Source of the DNA: Octopus sinensis
Taxonomy: Eukaryota
Assembly: GCF_006345805.1 (NCBI RefSeq)
Contig: NC_043003.1
Coordinates: forward strand, 20,832,001 to 20,896,000
Length of the DNA stretch: 64,000 bases
Direction: 5' to 3'
Within the stretch, counting starts at the first letter, position 1; each line of letters opens with the position of its first letter. Of this stretch, positions 47,989-60,914 are shown piece by piece. Made by a program: the position numbers and the translations under genes. Below the pieces are notes generated by a model that saw nothing but the letters and a program-made list of their open reading frames with translations, did not search any database and was not told the origin of the DNA.

Positions 47989-49724
47989 CTTTCACTGAAA
48001 ATAAACAGACATATAATAATTAACATCACAACACACCACCCATACACCAGCATTGACCAATTCCCATCCCCACATTTTCACACCTACACATACATACACA
48101 CACATATCCAGACCACCAGCCCTCTTTCACACGCACATATGTACTCTCTCATACACACACGCACTTTCGTGTTGGGGGTCATATTTATTTTGTTATCTTC
48201 CCTACTTCTTTGCACTCCTGTGTGACCCTTCTGTCCAGCAGTCGCCATGATAGATCGGTAGCCACTACACACAATTTTTTTCTCTCCTTGTTTTTTTTCT
48301 GTGTCCCTTTCTGTAGAAGAGCGTAGGCTTGAAATGTAAACGAATTTTTCAATTCCTGAGTGTTATACTAATACATCTGTTTGTTTTGTACACCACCTGT
48401 CTTCGTCTTTTGTTTTTTTCATGAATTCTCTCTACAATAATTAACATAAGCAAAAGACATACCAGAAGACATCTTGACAAGATATTTTACTCAGTATCAA
48501 TTCTAAGTTTCCTCATATTTGTCATCATCTATCTTCCATGTTTAATGCTGGCATGGGTTGGATGGTTTGACAGTGTACACTGGGTTCAATGATTGTATCA
48601 TGTCCCAGTGTCTATTTTGGTATGGTTTCTTATTTCTTTATTGCCCACAAGGGGCTAAACATAGATGGGACAAACAAGGACAGACAAAGGGATTAAGTCG
48701 ATCACATTGACCCCAGTGCGTAACTGGTACTTAATTTATCGACCCCGAAAGGATGAAAGGCAAAGTCGACCTCGGCAGAATTTGAACTCAGAACGTAAAG
48801 ACAGACAAAATACCACTAAGCATTTCGCCCGGTGTGCTAACGTTTCTGCCAGCCCGCCACTGGTTTCTGTAACTGGATGGTATTCCTAATGCCAGCCATT
48901 TTACAGCGTGTCCTGGGAGCCTTTTTTTGTGCAACCAGCACCAGTGACGTCTCCATGCAGCTTACAAAACAGTGAACCCTGGTGGGAGGAAGTTGGCTTT
49001 ATGCTAAAAGATAAAGGGCTGAAGTATGAGAGGTGGATGGGAAAGCAGATTCTATATAAGAGCTATATAGCTACTAACATTTAGAAGAGAGCGTGGAACT
49101 GATCAGGAGAAGCTGCAAAGGGATAAATAGTGGTGATTAGGTGTTCAGGTAGCCTTTCAAGGCACAAGATACATAAAAGTGAGTGAGGACATTAATCTGA
49201 TGGTTTAATCTATACCTTATTGGGGTACAAGTTTATTATTCTTAAACAAGGATGTCATTGACAGTGACTTTAAAGTTTTGACCAACTAAGCCATCATTTG
49301 ACTGCAGTGCATTAGAGTGTTGCTTTTGTATAATCTCTGCTGAGTTAAAATCATCTTTGTTTGTGTAGGAGAGAAAATATATTATATTATATTCAACAGA
49401 AGAATTGTTGAGTCAGGTAAAACCAAATTCATGATTGTGGCCAGTGCCTTCTGACTGGCTCTCATACTGGTGGCACGTAAAATGTACCATCTGAACACAG
49501 TCGATGCAAGTGACTCCTGACTGGCTCCCATGCTGGTGGTACGTAAAAAGCTCCATCAGAATGTGGTGAATGCCAGGTCACCCTGACTGGCTCCCATACT
49601 GGTGGCACGCAAAAAGCATCATCCGAACGTGCGCGATCCCAGTGCCCACTGACTGGCTCCTGTGCCAGTGGCATATAAAAAGCATGTCTTACAATATGTG
49701 TATACTTAGTTATGGGACACCCTG

Positions 49725-49953
<229 letters not shown>

Positions 49954-49992
49954 TTATATATATGCATACACACACACACACACATATACATA

Positions 49993-50112
49993 CGGGGCAC
50001 AAAGGGTAAATTGTCGCCATTTTATATTTTTAATTTCATGTATGCACATTGTTTTTGATTTTGTCAACCACACAGTATAGAAGGTTCAGATGGACACCGT
50101 CTGTGAGAAAAA
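49993..50112 (+). mobile_element. Tc1/mariner-like terminal fragment, same family as 1-136
   Basis: Shared gtaaattgtc(a/g)ccatttta...gattttgt...ctgtgagaaaaa block following TA. Confidence 0.5.
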
Positions 50113-50439
50113 TATGTGCATGTAAAATAGCATGTAAATTTAAATAAAAGGAAAGAACGATACTTAAATATGCAAGGGAAGAATTATATAATAAAATGAA
50201 TGACGGATAAGTTTGATAGTAAAAAGAATATAACTCAACCATTATAGATGAATTATTTTCAATGGTTTGGTATTAGATACAGTTCAAGAAAACTATGGAT
50301 GCATAGCATTCACATCATATTGTGTCATATTTAAAATCAAGTGTAGACACAAATTTGAAAAATTTGACCGCTATGGTATGCACATGTGAACCTTTAGTCA
50401 TCAATATATAAAATGCGTGTATTCATATTTATGTATCTA

Positions 50440-51156
50440 TGTAGTTGCAGGTGTGTGTGTATGGGGGGGGGGGGCTTAGTTTCCTGGCAACCAATACTTT
50501 TAGACCCAGTTCACCACTGTATATATATATATATATACTTTATAAAAATAGGGTAAAGTAAAATAATTTACTTTACCACACACCGAGCTTTTTAGAAATA
50601 GCAGCCAAAAATATGGCTATTTCTTCTACTGCAAGAAAAAGTCTCCCAGACAATGCATACTCGGAAATAACTCACATAGGTATAAGGGAAAAACAACGAA
50701 AGATCACATCCATATAAGATACCCGAGGAAGGCCTGTTTCTGGATTAGTGGATTAAACGCCAACATTTCTTTCATCAGCTCAGAGATTTCTTTTGATTTA
50801 GATTTGAAAGTACTAAGAATCAAACATACCCGTCCGATATAGGTAACACCGGACAAACCATGCCAGACCACCAGTACTAGCGAATCCAAAAATACAAATG
50901 AGATCTAGTATTCTCCCTGTCCACCCACTTGAGTCACAGAGTAGTGCATTCCTACAGAGGCAAAACTGTAGTTCAAATTCTTGGGGAGAAAGCATTATAT
51001 TGTCAATAAAAAAGGGTAGAATTAATTAATTATTAATTAATTCGACCGAATTTATATATATATATATATATATATATAAAGTGGTGAACTGGGTCTAAAA
51101 GTATTGGTTGCCAGGAAACTAAGCCCCCCACACACACATACACACCTGCAACTACA
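50440..51156. repeat. Inverted repeat (about 77-bp arms) enclosing (TA)n, about 510 bp unique sequence, (TA)n
   Basis: agtggtgaactgggtctaaaagtattggttgccaggaaactaagcccccc is present in both orientations with no mismatch. Confidence 0.9.
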
Positions 51157-51474
51157 CTGCTATCATTTAATTTTTTTCTTTTTTTCTTTTTTGTTAAAAG
51201 TATTCTTCTCAACAGTCTACAAACACAACCAGGCTGAAATAATTAATGCATTCTTCCAGGAGTGAATTAAAAATTCTCATACTTGTGGAGATGGGCCCCT
51301 TAGATACTAACATGGGCCCCGCCATATTTGGATTCTAATGGCACAGGGGCCCACTTGCCATCAGGCAAGCTGGCAACCTGGCCAGTCTGCCACTGTATAT
51401 ATATATAAGCATACATACATACTTCAATATATATGCATATAATTTACCCGTGGGCCCTACCTGGGACGTAGTCA

Positions 51475-52038
51475 GTCCACCTGTGCATACCTTCCTTCTT
51501 GTGACACTTGTGAAGACCTGTTGAGGCAAGTGAAAATCAAATCAAAACAAATCAAAATAGATGAACATCAATGGAATTTGTATCTTTGTGGTACCAGTGC
51601 CGGTGGCACGTGGCACACAAGAAAACCATCCGAACGTGGCCGTAGCCAGTACCGCATCGACTGGCCTCCGTGCTGTGGGCACGTAACAAGCACCATCCGA
51701 TCGTGGCCGTTTGCCAGCCTCATCTGGCACCTGTGTCGGTGGCACATAAAAACACCATCCGAGCGTGGCCGTCTGGCACCTGTGTCGGTGGCACATAAAA
51801 AACACCATCCGAGCGTGGCCGTTTGCCAGCCTCGTCTGGCACCTGTGTCGGTGGCACATAAAATCACCCACTACACTCTCGGAGTGGTTGGCGTTAGGAA
51901 GGGCATCCAGCTGTAGAAACACTGCCAGATCTGACTGGACTGGTGCAGCTTTCGGGCTCCCCAGACCCCAGTTGAACCGTCCAACCCATGCCAGCATGGA
52001 AAGCAGACGTTAAATGATGATGATGATGATGATGATGA
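51475..52038 (+). mobile_element. RTE 3' UTR fragment with about 5 repeat units and (GAT)n tail
   Basis: Matches the 3' UTRs at 13270-13840 and 56600-57508. Confidence 0.85.
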
Positions 52039-52584
52039 CACACACACACGCATAGATAGATAGATAAGAATCAGAACAACTCTTAGCCATGGGGAAGCAC
52101 TTATCTAATGACTGACAAGGGAAACAAGCTCCCTACTGAAAGTGAAACAGAACTAGATCACAGATGATTTCAGATTTGATTAATCCCCATCAGTGGCTGT
52201 CACCCAGTTGCCGAGGGTTAAAGGGTGGATGGACAAACAGCCGAACAGATAAACAGACAGACATTTAGATAATCTTTATATAAATATATTTGAAGTTTAC
52301 AAACAAAGACAGACATGCAAAATATGAGTATTAGAGGAGTAATAAAATGCTGCTTAAAATGTTTAGCAAATATCAAAAAAGACTTAAGGTGTATATTTAT
52401 AAAACTACTTTACTAACTTACATCCAGAATAATATAAATACAAAATAGATATATGCGTGAATATAGTTTACAAATTTATTTCTCATTTTCTGAACACCTT
52501 ATTGTTCACTCATTTATATATTGTTCCTATTTTTATTAATATATATCATTCATTTTTTTTTTCTGTTAGTAAATTAAATCTTAC

Positions 52585-52800
52585 CTTATTGCAATCGTCT
52601 GCACAGCTTACCTTATCATTCACGACTTCAAGAAAAGTTAACTGAGGCAATATAAATAAAAACGTTTACACAACTGTAAAGTTGTGAGATTACTAGAAGA
52701 AAAAGGCGTACCATAAATAATATTATTGGAAAGAATATATCTAGCTGTTGGAGCATAGCATTACTTATACCAGTATATCGAGTAAACAACAAATCTATGA
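52585..52800 (-). other. Candidate non-coding 5' exon of FAAH (upstream boundary unknown)
   Basis: Two strong donors (AAG|gtaaga after 52585, AAG|gtaagc after 52612) in non-repetitive sequence. The acceptor at 47995 requires an upstream exon, but assigning this one is inference. Confidence 0.3.
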
Positions 52801-55019
52801 TAAACACTATCAAATTTATCTCTCATCTACTAATTATTCATCTACTGTCATATAATGACCTCTAGTTTGTTAACTTCTACAACAAACTCAATGAAATAAA
52901 AATAGATATCTGTGTGGGTGGGTAGGTGTAAAATGTGTACAAAAGTAGTGTACTTTTTAATCTTTTTATATGTGTCAGCTCTAGGTCTCCACCAGTGTAA
53001 TCACATTTTTCAATAGACAATTTTATGTCATTGACTTTTAGTGAAAGAGGGAGTTCAACACTGCTGCCCTCTTTTGAGTTTCCTGCCTTGATATAGGTTC
53101 ATCTGGGGCCTTGGATAACAGGAGGTTATCTAAGTATTTACAAATATCATAACCATGTCTGATTTTTTCATACTTTTTATTTCCTTTTTCCTTTTCAGAA
53201 CTGGGGAAGTTATCCATGGAAAAATTAACAACTGAACAAAGAACCAAAATCGAGGAATATCATTTTGGATTTAACCAGTCTATCACTTACATCCAAAAAG
53301 GAAACTGGTTTCAAATTTTAGAACTAGGCAAGCAATTTTGTGGGAAGGGTTAAGTTGATTACATCAAACCCCTGTGCTCATCTGGTACTTATTCTACTGA
53401 CCCCTAAAAGGATGAAAGGTGAAGCCAACCTTTGTGGAGCTTGAACTCAGAATATAAAGGCAGTTTAAATGCCATGAAGCATTTTGCTCAGTATGCGAAC
53501 GATTCTGTCAGCAGGTCACCTTCAGCCCAAAGAGAAATATTAATGATGCTTAAGTGTTGGAAAATCACCATCAAATTTTATGATTCATTAGTTGATTCAG
53601 CATTTTAAACAATATGGTTCAGTAAGTGATCTATCAAGATTTCGAATACTACATGTTGACTGTTCACTGAGGAATCATCAATGTTTGTGAGACTTTGCTG
53701 AAAAAGAAATGAAAGCTAAAATTTAACTCAGACAGCCACACAAAAGTTCTAACTTCATGAAATATAATTGGGACCACAAGCAGTAAGCTACATCATCTTT
53801 CTTTGGTGAGATAAACTCACAGAATGAAGTAATTTGATGAAATCTTATTATGTGATTTCGAAATTTGGTCAATATGATCTTGATTCTCATCACAGGTTTC
53901 CACAATTACTCTGGATTAAAGAGAAAGCCTGCCTCCCATTCATTATTCTTTTATTCTTTTATTTGCTTCAGTCATTTGACTGCGGCCATGCTGGAGCACC
54001 GCCTTTAGTCGAGAAAATCGACCCCAGGACTTATTCTATGTAAGCCTAGTACTTATTCTATCGGTCTCTCTTGCCAAACCACTAAGTTATGGGGACGTAA
54101 ACACACCAGCATCAGTTCTCAAGCAATTATGGGGGGGGGGACAAACACAGACACACAAACATATACATACACACACACACACACATATTAGTTGCCAACC
54201 CAATATAAACTCATAAAAAATCCTATAGAAAGCTAATCAATCTTGTTGGTATTTACTTTAGATAAATATTTATGATATTTAGATAAATATTTCTGCTTCC
54301 ATAGAATTTACTAAAACATAACCAGATGTTAAAGTGTTGATATAGTTTAAAACAATTGATACTAGTTAAGTTAATGAAAGTCAGTAGAACATTTAACATC
54401 AAAAGGTAGAGTCAAAAGTTCATACATATCTTATCTGTATGATTGTGTTATTTCCTTCAAGGTCAAAACAGTGTTTACAACTATAAAAGATATTGGTTTC
54501 AAGTTTTGGCCCAAGGCCAACAGTTTTCAGAGGATGGGGTAAGTCAATTACATCAACCCCAATACTCAGCTGATACTTCTTTCATTGTCTCTGAAAGGAT
54601 GAAAATCAAAGTTGATCTTGGCAGGATTTGAACTCAGAATGTACGGACGGATGAAATGCCACGAAGCATTTTGCCCAGTATGCTAACGGTTCTGCCAGCT
54701 TACCACTTTAATAATAATAATAATGGTAATAATAATAATAATTTCAAATTTTGGCATGAAGCCAACAATTTTGGGGGAGGGGCTAAGTCAATTACATTAA
54801 CATTAGTGCTCAAACTGATACTTATTTTATTGACCCCAAAAGGATGAAAGGTGAAGTTGACCTCGGTGGTATTTGAACTCAGAATGTAAAGATAGATAAA
54901 ATGCTGCTAAGCATTTTGCCTAGTATGCTAACAACACTGCCAGCTTGCTGCCTTATGTCCATAAGAGACATGTGCAAATAAAACGCACAGTTAGTTTGCC
55001 TTTTCACAATGTATCTGCT

Positions 55020-57508
55020 GTATAGTAAATCAGGTGATACATGAAGGAGTCATACCCAATGACTGGTGTAGCAGCATAATAGTCAACTGCTACAAAGGTA
55101 AAGGTGATGCCCTAGATACAAATAATTACAGAGGTATCAAGCTGTTGGATCAGGTGATGAAGGTTACAGAGAGGGTCATAAGCCAACTAATTAGAGAGAG
55201 AGTTAGTTTAGATGAGATGCAGTTTGGTTTCGTGCCAGGGAAAAGTACCACTGATGCTATATTCCTGGTAAGGCAGCTGCAGGAGAAATACCTAGCCAAA
55301 GATAAGGCCCTGTACCTGGCTTTTGTTGACATGGAGAAAGCCTTCGACAGGGTCCTCCGATCCCTCATATGGTGGTCAATGAGGAAACTAGGAATAGAAG
55401 AATGGTTAGTGAGAGCTGTGCAAGCCATGTACAGGGACGCTGCTAGTAAGGTGAGGGTTGGAAATGAGTACAGTGAAGAATTCCGGGTAGAGGTAGGGGT
55501 CCACCAAGGCTCAGTCCTCAGCCCCCTCCTATTTATCATAGTCCTCCAGGCAATAACGGAGGAATTCAAGACAGGATGCCCCTGGGAGCTCCTCTATGCT
55601 GATGACCTTGCTCTAATTGCTGAGTCATTATCAGAACTGGAGAAGAAGTTTCAGGTGTGGAAGCATGGTTTAGAATCGAAGGGCCTTAGAGTCAACCTAG
55701 CTAAAACCAAAGTCGTAATAACTAGGAAGGTAGACAAATCACAAACGCCTTCAGGTAGATGGCCCTGCTCGATCTGTACAAAAGGTGTAGGTAGAAACTC
55801 TATAAGATGCACCAAGTGTAAGCTATGGACACATAAGAGGTGCAGCAATGTCATAGGAAGGCTAACTAGGAAGATGGTTTTTGTATGTGGCAGATGCTCG
55901 GGAGCATTAACCTCTGAAAATCTGCAGAAAACAACTTCCGTCACTTTCCAGGGGGAAAAACTAGAAGTAGTTGATAGCTTCCGTTATCTTGGTGACCAAG
56001 TCAGTAGTGGGGGTGGGTGTGCTGAAAGTGTAACGGCTAGAGTAAGAATAGCCTGGGCAAAGTTTAGGGAGCTCTTACCTCTGTTGGTGACTAAAGGCCT
56101 CTCGCTCAGAGTAAAAGGCAGACTGTATGATGCATGTGTACGAACAGCCATGCTACATGGCAGTGAAACATGGGCCGTGACTGCTGAGGACATGCGTAAG
56201 CTCGCGAGAAATGAAGCTAGTATGCTCCGTTGGATGTGTAATGTCAGTGTTCATAGTCGACAGAGTGTAAGTACCTTGAGAGAAAAGTTGGACCTAAGAG
56301 GAATCAGATGTTGTGTGCAAGAGAGACGATTGTGCTGGTATGGTCATGTGGTGAGAATGGATGAAGGTAGGTGTGTGAAAAAGTGCCACACCCTGGCAGT
56401 TGAGGGGACCTGTGGAAGAGGTAGACCCAGGAAAACCTGGGTCGAGGTGGTGAAGCACGACCTTCGAACTCTAGGTCTCACCAAGGAAATGACCAGAGAC
56501 CGAGACCTATGGAAGTATGCTGTGCGTGAGAAGACCCGGCAAGACCAGTGAGAACAATTAAAATCAAATCATATATCAGAAAGCAGGGGTTAAGTGACCC
56601 ATCTGTTCGTGTCCGCTGTCAGCCTCGTCTGGCACCCGTGCCGGTGATACGTAAAAGCACCATTCGCTCATGGCCGTTTGCCAGCTCTGCCTGGCCCCGT
56701 ATCGGTGGCACGTAAAAGCACCATCCGTTCGTGTTCGTTGCCAGCCTCGCCTGGCCCCATGCCGGTGACACGTAAAAGCACCGTCCGTTCATGGCCGTTG
56801 GCCAGCTCTGTCTGGCCCCGTGTCGGTGGCACGTAAAAGCACCATCCGTTCGTGGCTGTTTGCCAGCTCTGTCTGGCCCCGTGTCGGTGGCACGTAAAAG
56901 CACCATCCGTCCGTGTCCGTTGCCAGCCTCGGCTGGCCCCCGTGCCGGTGACACGTAAAAGCACCGTCCGCTCGTGGCCGTTTGCCAGCTCTGTCTGGCA
57001 ACCGTGTCGGTGGCACGTAAAAGCACCGTCCGCTCGTGGCCGTTTGCCAGCTCTGTCTGGCAACCGTGTCGGTGGCACGTAAAAGCACCATCTGTTCGCG
57101 TCTGTTGCCAGCCTTGGCTGGCCCCGTGCCGGTGACACGTAAAAGCACCATCCGTTCGTGGCCGTTTGCCAGCTCTGTCTGGCCCCGTGTCGGTGGCACG
57201 TAAAAGCACCATCCGTTCGTGTCCGTTGCCAGCATCGCCTGTCCCCGTGCCGGTGACAAGTAAAAGCACCATCCGTTCGTGGCCGTTCGCCAGCTCTGTC
57301 TGGCACCTGTGCAGGTGGCACGTAAAAAACACCCACTACACTCGCGGAGTGGTTGGCGTTAGGAAGGGCATCCAGCCGTAGAAACACTGCCAGATCTGAC
57401 TGGGCCTGACGAAGCCTTCCAGCTTCACAGACCCCAGTTGACCCGTCCAACCCATGCTAGCATGGAAAACGGACGCTAAACGATGATGATGATGATGATG
57501 ATGATGAT
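55020..57508 (+). mobile_element. 5'-truncated RTE-clade LINE, longest copy, with 12-unit minisatellite in the 3' UTR
   Basis: 505-aa uninterrupted frame ([28 protein letters not shown]). No endonuclease domain is present. (GAT)n tail at about 57482-57508. Confidence 0.94.
56600..57330 (+). repeat. Minisatellite, 12 units of about 60-61 bp, in the RTE 3' UTR
   Basis: The core ggtg(g/a)cacgtaaaagcacc recurs at about 61-bp spacing, 12 times. Confidence 0.92.
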
Positions 57509-58137
57509 CTGCATTAAATAGATTTTTACTCAGTTGGATGGCTAATTGCAACACCAATGATTTTTTTCCAATCACTGTTTCTCTACATCAATAGCAGTGG
57601 AATTTGTCTTAGTATGCAGTTGGCAGAGGGCACATGTTACTAAGTAGAGGCGCATGGCCTAGTGGTTAGAGCAGCAGACTTGCAGTCGAGGGACCGCGGG
57701 TTCGAATCTCAGACCAGGCGATGTGTGTGTGTATGCTCCGGCAGAATGTAATGGCGAACTTCTGCTGAATCTTTTGCCACAACTTTCTCTTCCTCTTTCC
57801 TCCTGCATCTTGCAGCTCACCTGCGACAGACTGGTGTCCTGTCCAGGTGGGGAACCTATGTGCCAAGGTAACCGGGAAACTGGCCCTTATGAGCCAGGCA
57901 TGGCTTGAGAAGGAACATGTTACTAATAAATCCCAATGAGGTAGAAATATGCATCAAGCATTCTCACCACCACTGCTGGATCATTTTCGTCTGCTGCTGA
58001 TATAGTTTTGTGTTTTGAAACACTACACATCCATGAGAGATTTTATATTACAAACAAATACGTCAGTTAATTTTGCCTTTTCACAATTCAAGTATAATAT
58101 GCAAATAGCTATATATATCCATATGTCTATGCATATG

Positions 58138-58980
58138 ATACATCATCATCATCGTTTAACGTCCGCTTTCCATGCTAGCATGGGTTGGACAGTTCAACTG
58201 GGGTCTGGGAAGCCAGAAGGCTGCGCCAGGCCCAGTCTGATCTGGCAGTGTTTCTACAGCTGGATGCCCTTCCTAACGCCAACCACTTCGTGAGTGTAGT
58301 GGGTGCTTTTTACGTGCCAGACGAGGCTAGCAAACAGCCACGATCGGATGGTGCTTTTTACGTGCCACCGGCACGGGAGCCAGACGAGGCTGGCAATGGC
58401 CACAATTGGATGGTGCTTTTTACGTGTCACCGGCACGGAGGCCTATTGGGGCGGCGCTGGCAACAGCCACATTCAGATGGATCTCTGATGTGCCACCGGC
58501 ACTGGTATCACAGCTACAATTTCCATTGATGTTGATCGATTTCGATTTTGATTTTCACTTGCCTCAACAGGTCTTCACAAGTAGGGTTTGTGTCACAAGT
58601 AGGAAAGGTATGCATAAGTGGGCTGGCTATGTCCCAGGTAAAGGCCACGGGTTATGGTCTCACTTGTCCTGCCAGGTCTTCCCACGCACAGCATACTTCC
58701 AAAGGTCTCGGTCTCTGGTCATTTCCTCGATGAGACCTAAAGTTCGAAGATCGTGCTTCACCACCTCGTCCCAGGTTTTCCTGGGTCTACCTCTTCCACA
58801 GGTTCCCTCAGCCGCTGAGGTGTGGCACTTTTTCACACAACTATCTTCATCCATTCTCGCTACATGACTATACCAGTGTAAACGTCTCTCTTGCACACCA
58901 CAACTGATGCTTCTTAGGTCCAACTTTTCTCTCAAGGTACTTACACTCTGTTGAGTATGAATGCTGACATTACACATGCA
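58138..58980 (-). mobile_element. 5'-truncated RTE LINE (C-terminal ORF, 3' UTR with 3-4 repeat units, tail)
   Basis: Minus ORF MCNVSIHTQQ...[16 protein letters not shown], same family as 55020-57508. Confidence 0.9.
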
Positions 58981-59164
58981 CTGGAGTATGATAGATAAAA
59001 ATATTTAGGATATGAAGGTAAGGAAAGTCTCTGGTCTATCATGAATTGCTTGTGAGATCCTAAAAATATCTGGTGGTGAGGGATATAACCTAACTACTTG
59101 TATAGTTAATCAGATCATAGAGGAAGTTATCATACTCAGTGTAGCAAAATTATAGTGGACTGTT

Positions 59165-59660
59165 ACTAGAGTGAAAGACACACCTGAGAGAGAACTAATT
59201 ACAGAGGTATCAAATTGCTGGACCCAGTTATAAAAGTTATAGCTTAATTAATTAGGAAGTGAATTAGCCTAAATGAGATGCCGTTTAGTCTTGTATTAGA
59301 AAAAAATACAACTGATGCCCTCTTTCTAGTAAAGCAGCTACAGAAGTAATTTGTGAAAGTAAGCCACTGCACTTGGCATTTGCCAACCCGGAGAAAACTT
59401 TTGACAGATTTCTTCATTCTCAGACCGGCTGGTTGTTGTGGCATAGATGAATGGCTTGTAGGACACTTATACTGGAGCATTGTCAGTAAGGTGAGAATTA
59501 ACAACTACAGCAATAAATTTAGCATGCAGGTTGGAGTTCATCAAGGTTTTGTTTCTAGTTCTTCTGCCCGTCATTGAAGTCCTCCAGTCTTTAACAGAAA
59601 AGTTTAAGACCAACCTCCATTGAAACTCCTCTATGCTGATGGTTGGCCTCATCCTTATGG
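59165..59660 (+). mobile_element. Degenerate RTE RT fragment
   Basis: Frameshifted homology to [27 protein letters not shown] and LLYAD. Confidence 0.7.
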
Positions 59661-60084
59661 CTGAATCTGTAGTAGTATAGCGGACTTCCCAGTTTTCCTT
59701 ATATAGCGAATATTTTCTGATTAGTTTGTTTACTGTTAGTGCAACACTACTTCATTATGTTTCCTATTTGGAATTATATAAATATATTTAGCTTTTTAAG
59801 TAGGGATATATAATGATAAAACCATCACTTATAACTTACTTATAAGTGTTATCATTATATGTAAATCCTGACTCCAGCTACAAAAACACCATAGCGAGAA
59901 ATATATTTTCTGGAACACTAATGGACATTAATCGTGCATGTATGTTAAATATGAATAATTTCATGTTCTTTTAACCGCTATAAAAAAAATACAGTTTCAT
60001 AATTACAGAAATACAATTCATTAATAAGTTGAAGAACGTGAAGAAAGAGAAAATAATTTCTACATTATCTTATTATATACATAT

Positions 60085-60500
60085 AGGCGCAGGAGTGGCT
60101 GTGTGGTAAGTAGCTTGCTAACCAACCACATGGTTCCGGGTTCAGTCCCACAGCGTGGCACCTTGGGCAAGTGTCTTCTGCTATAGCCCCGGGCCAACCA
60201 ATGCCTTGTGAGTGGATTTGGTAGACGGAAACTGAAAGAAGCCCGTTGTATATATGTATATATATATATATATATGTGTGTGCGTGTATGTTTGTGTGTC
60301 TGTGTTTGTCCCCCTAGCATTGCTTGACAACCGATGCTGATGTGTTTACGTCCCTGTTGCTTAGCGGTTCGGCTAAAGAGACCGATAGAATAAGTACTGG
60401 GCTTACAAAAGAATAAGTCCCGGGGTCAAGTTGCTCGATTAAAGGCGGTGCTCCAGCATGGCCACAGTCAAATGACTGAAACAAGTAAAAGAGTAAAAGA
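60085..60500 (+). mobile_element. SINE family A, full copy (tRNA-like head, TA/CA linker, 3' body)
   Basis: Pol III A box tggctgtgtgg and B box ggttcagtcc. Homologous copies at 4925-5140, 6900-7330(-), 11732-11941 with 13841-14070, 14720-14890 with 15760-16000, 16345-16860, 23290-23720, 27880-28060(-), 38617-39325, 45875-46305(-), 53945-54185(-) and 61930-62070(-). Confidence 0.85.
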
Positions 60501-60914
60501 ATATAGCATTTTTATATTTATATACAATTTGAAGTAAAGTAATTTTGTCGTAGAGAATTACGACTTAATATTTTAGCTATCTAATTCCTCATTCTAACTA
60601 TTATAAATCTCAACAATTCAAACAAGTCTTGTTGGATTTTTCATAGACATGGCATAAAAATATAACCAATGTCTCAAAGGAGTGAGTGCCATGGAGTTTA
60701 GTTACACAAACACTGAAGTTTTTCCCCAAAATCCAGGGTTTTTATAACTGCTCAACTTGACTTTAAAGAATCGAAATCACATAAAAATATTCTTTAACTA
60801 ATTTTTAGAATTCCTATATGAGCAGTTATTTCAACCAATGGGAAAACGACAATCATATTTCTTCGGCAATACAACATTACATCATATTGCCAGCTACCAC
60901 AAATTGGCACTACT

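Noticed and set aside
48290-48345. Hammerhead ribozyme or Penelope-like terminal motif (ctgtagaagagcgtaggcttgaaatg)
   Set aside because: The CUGANGA and GAAAC cores are not intact and I could not identify flanking stems. At most a decayed Penelope-type end.
56600-57330. CRISPR-like array or repeat protein ORFs (237-260 aa)
   Set aside because: Units are contiguous and homologous along their whole length, with no unique spacers and no cas genes. The context is eukaryotic and the array is part of the RTE 3' UTR.
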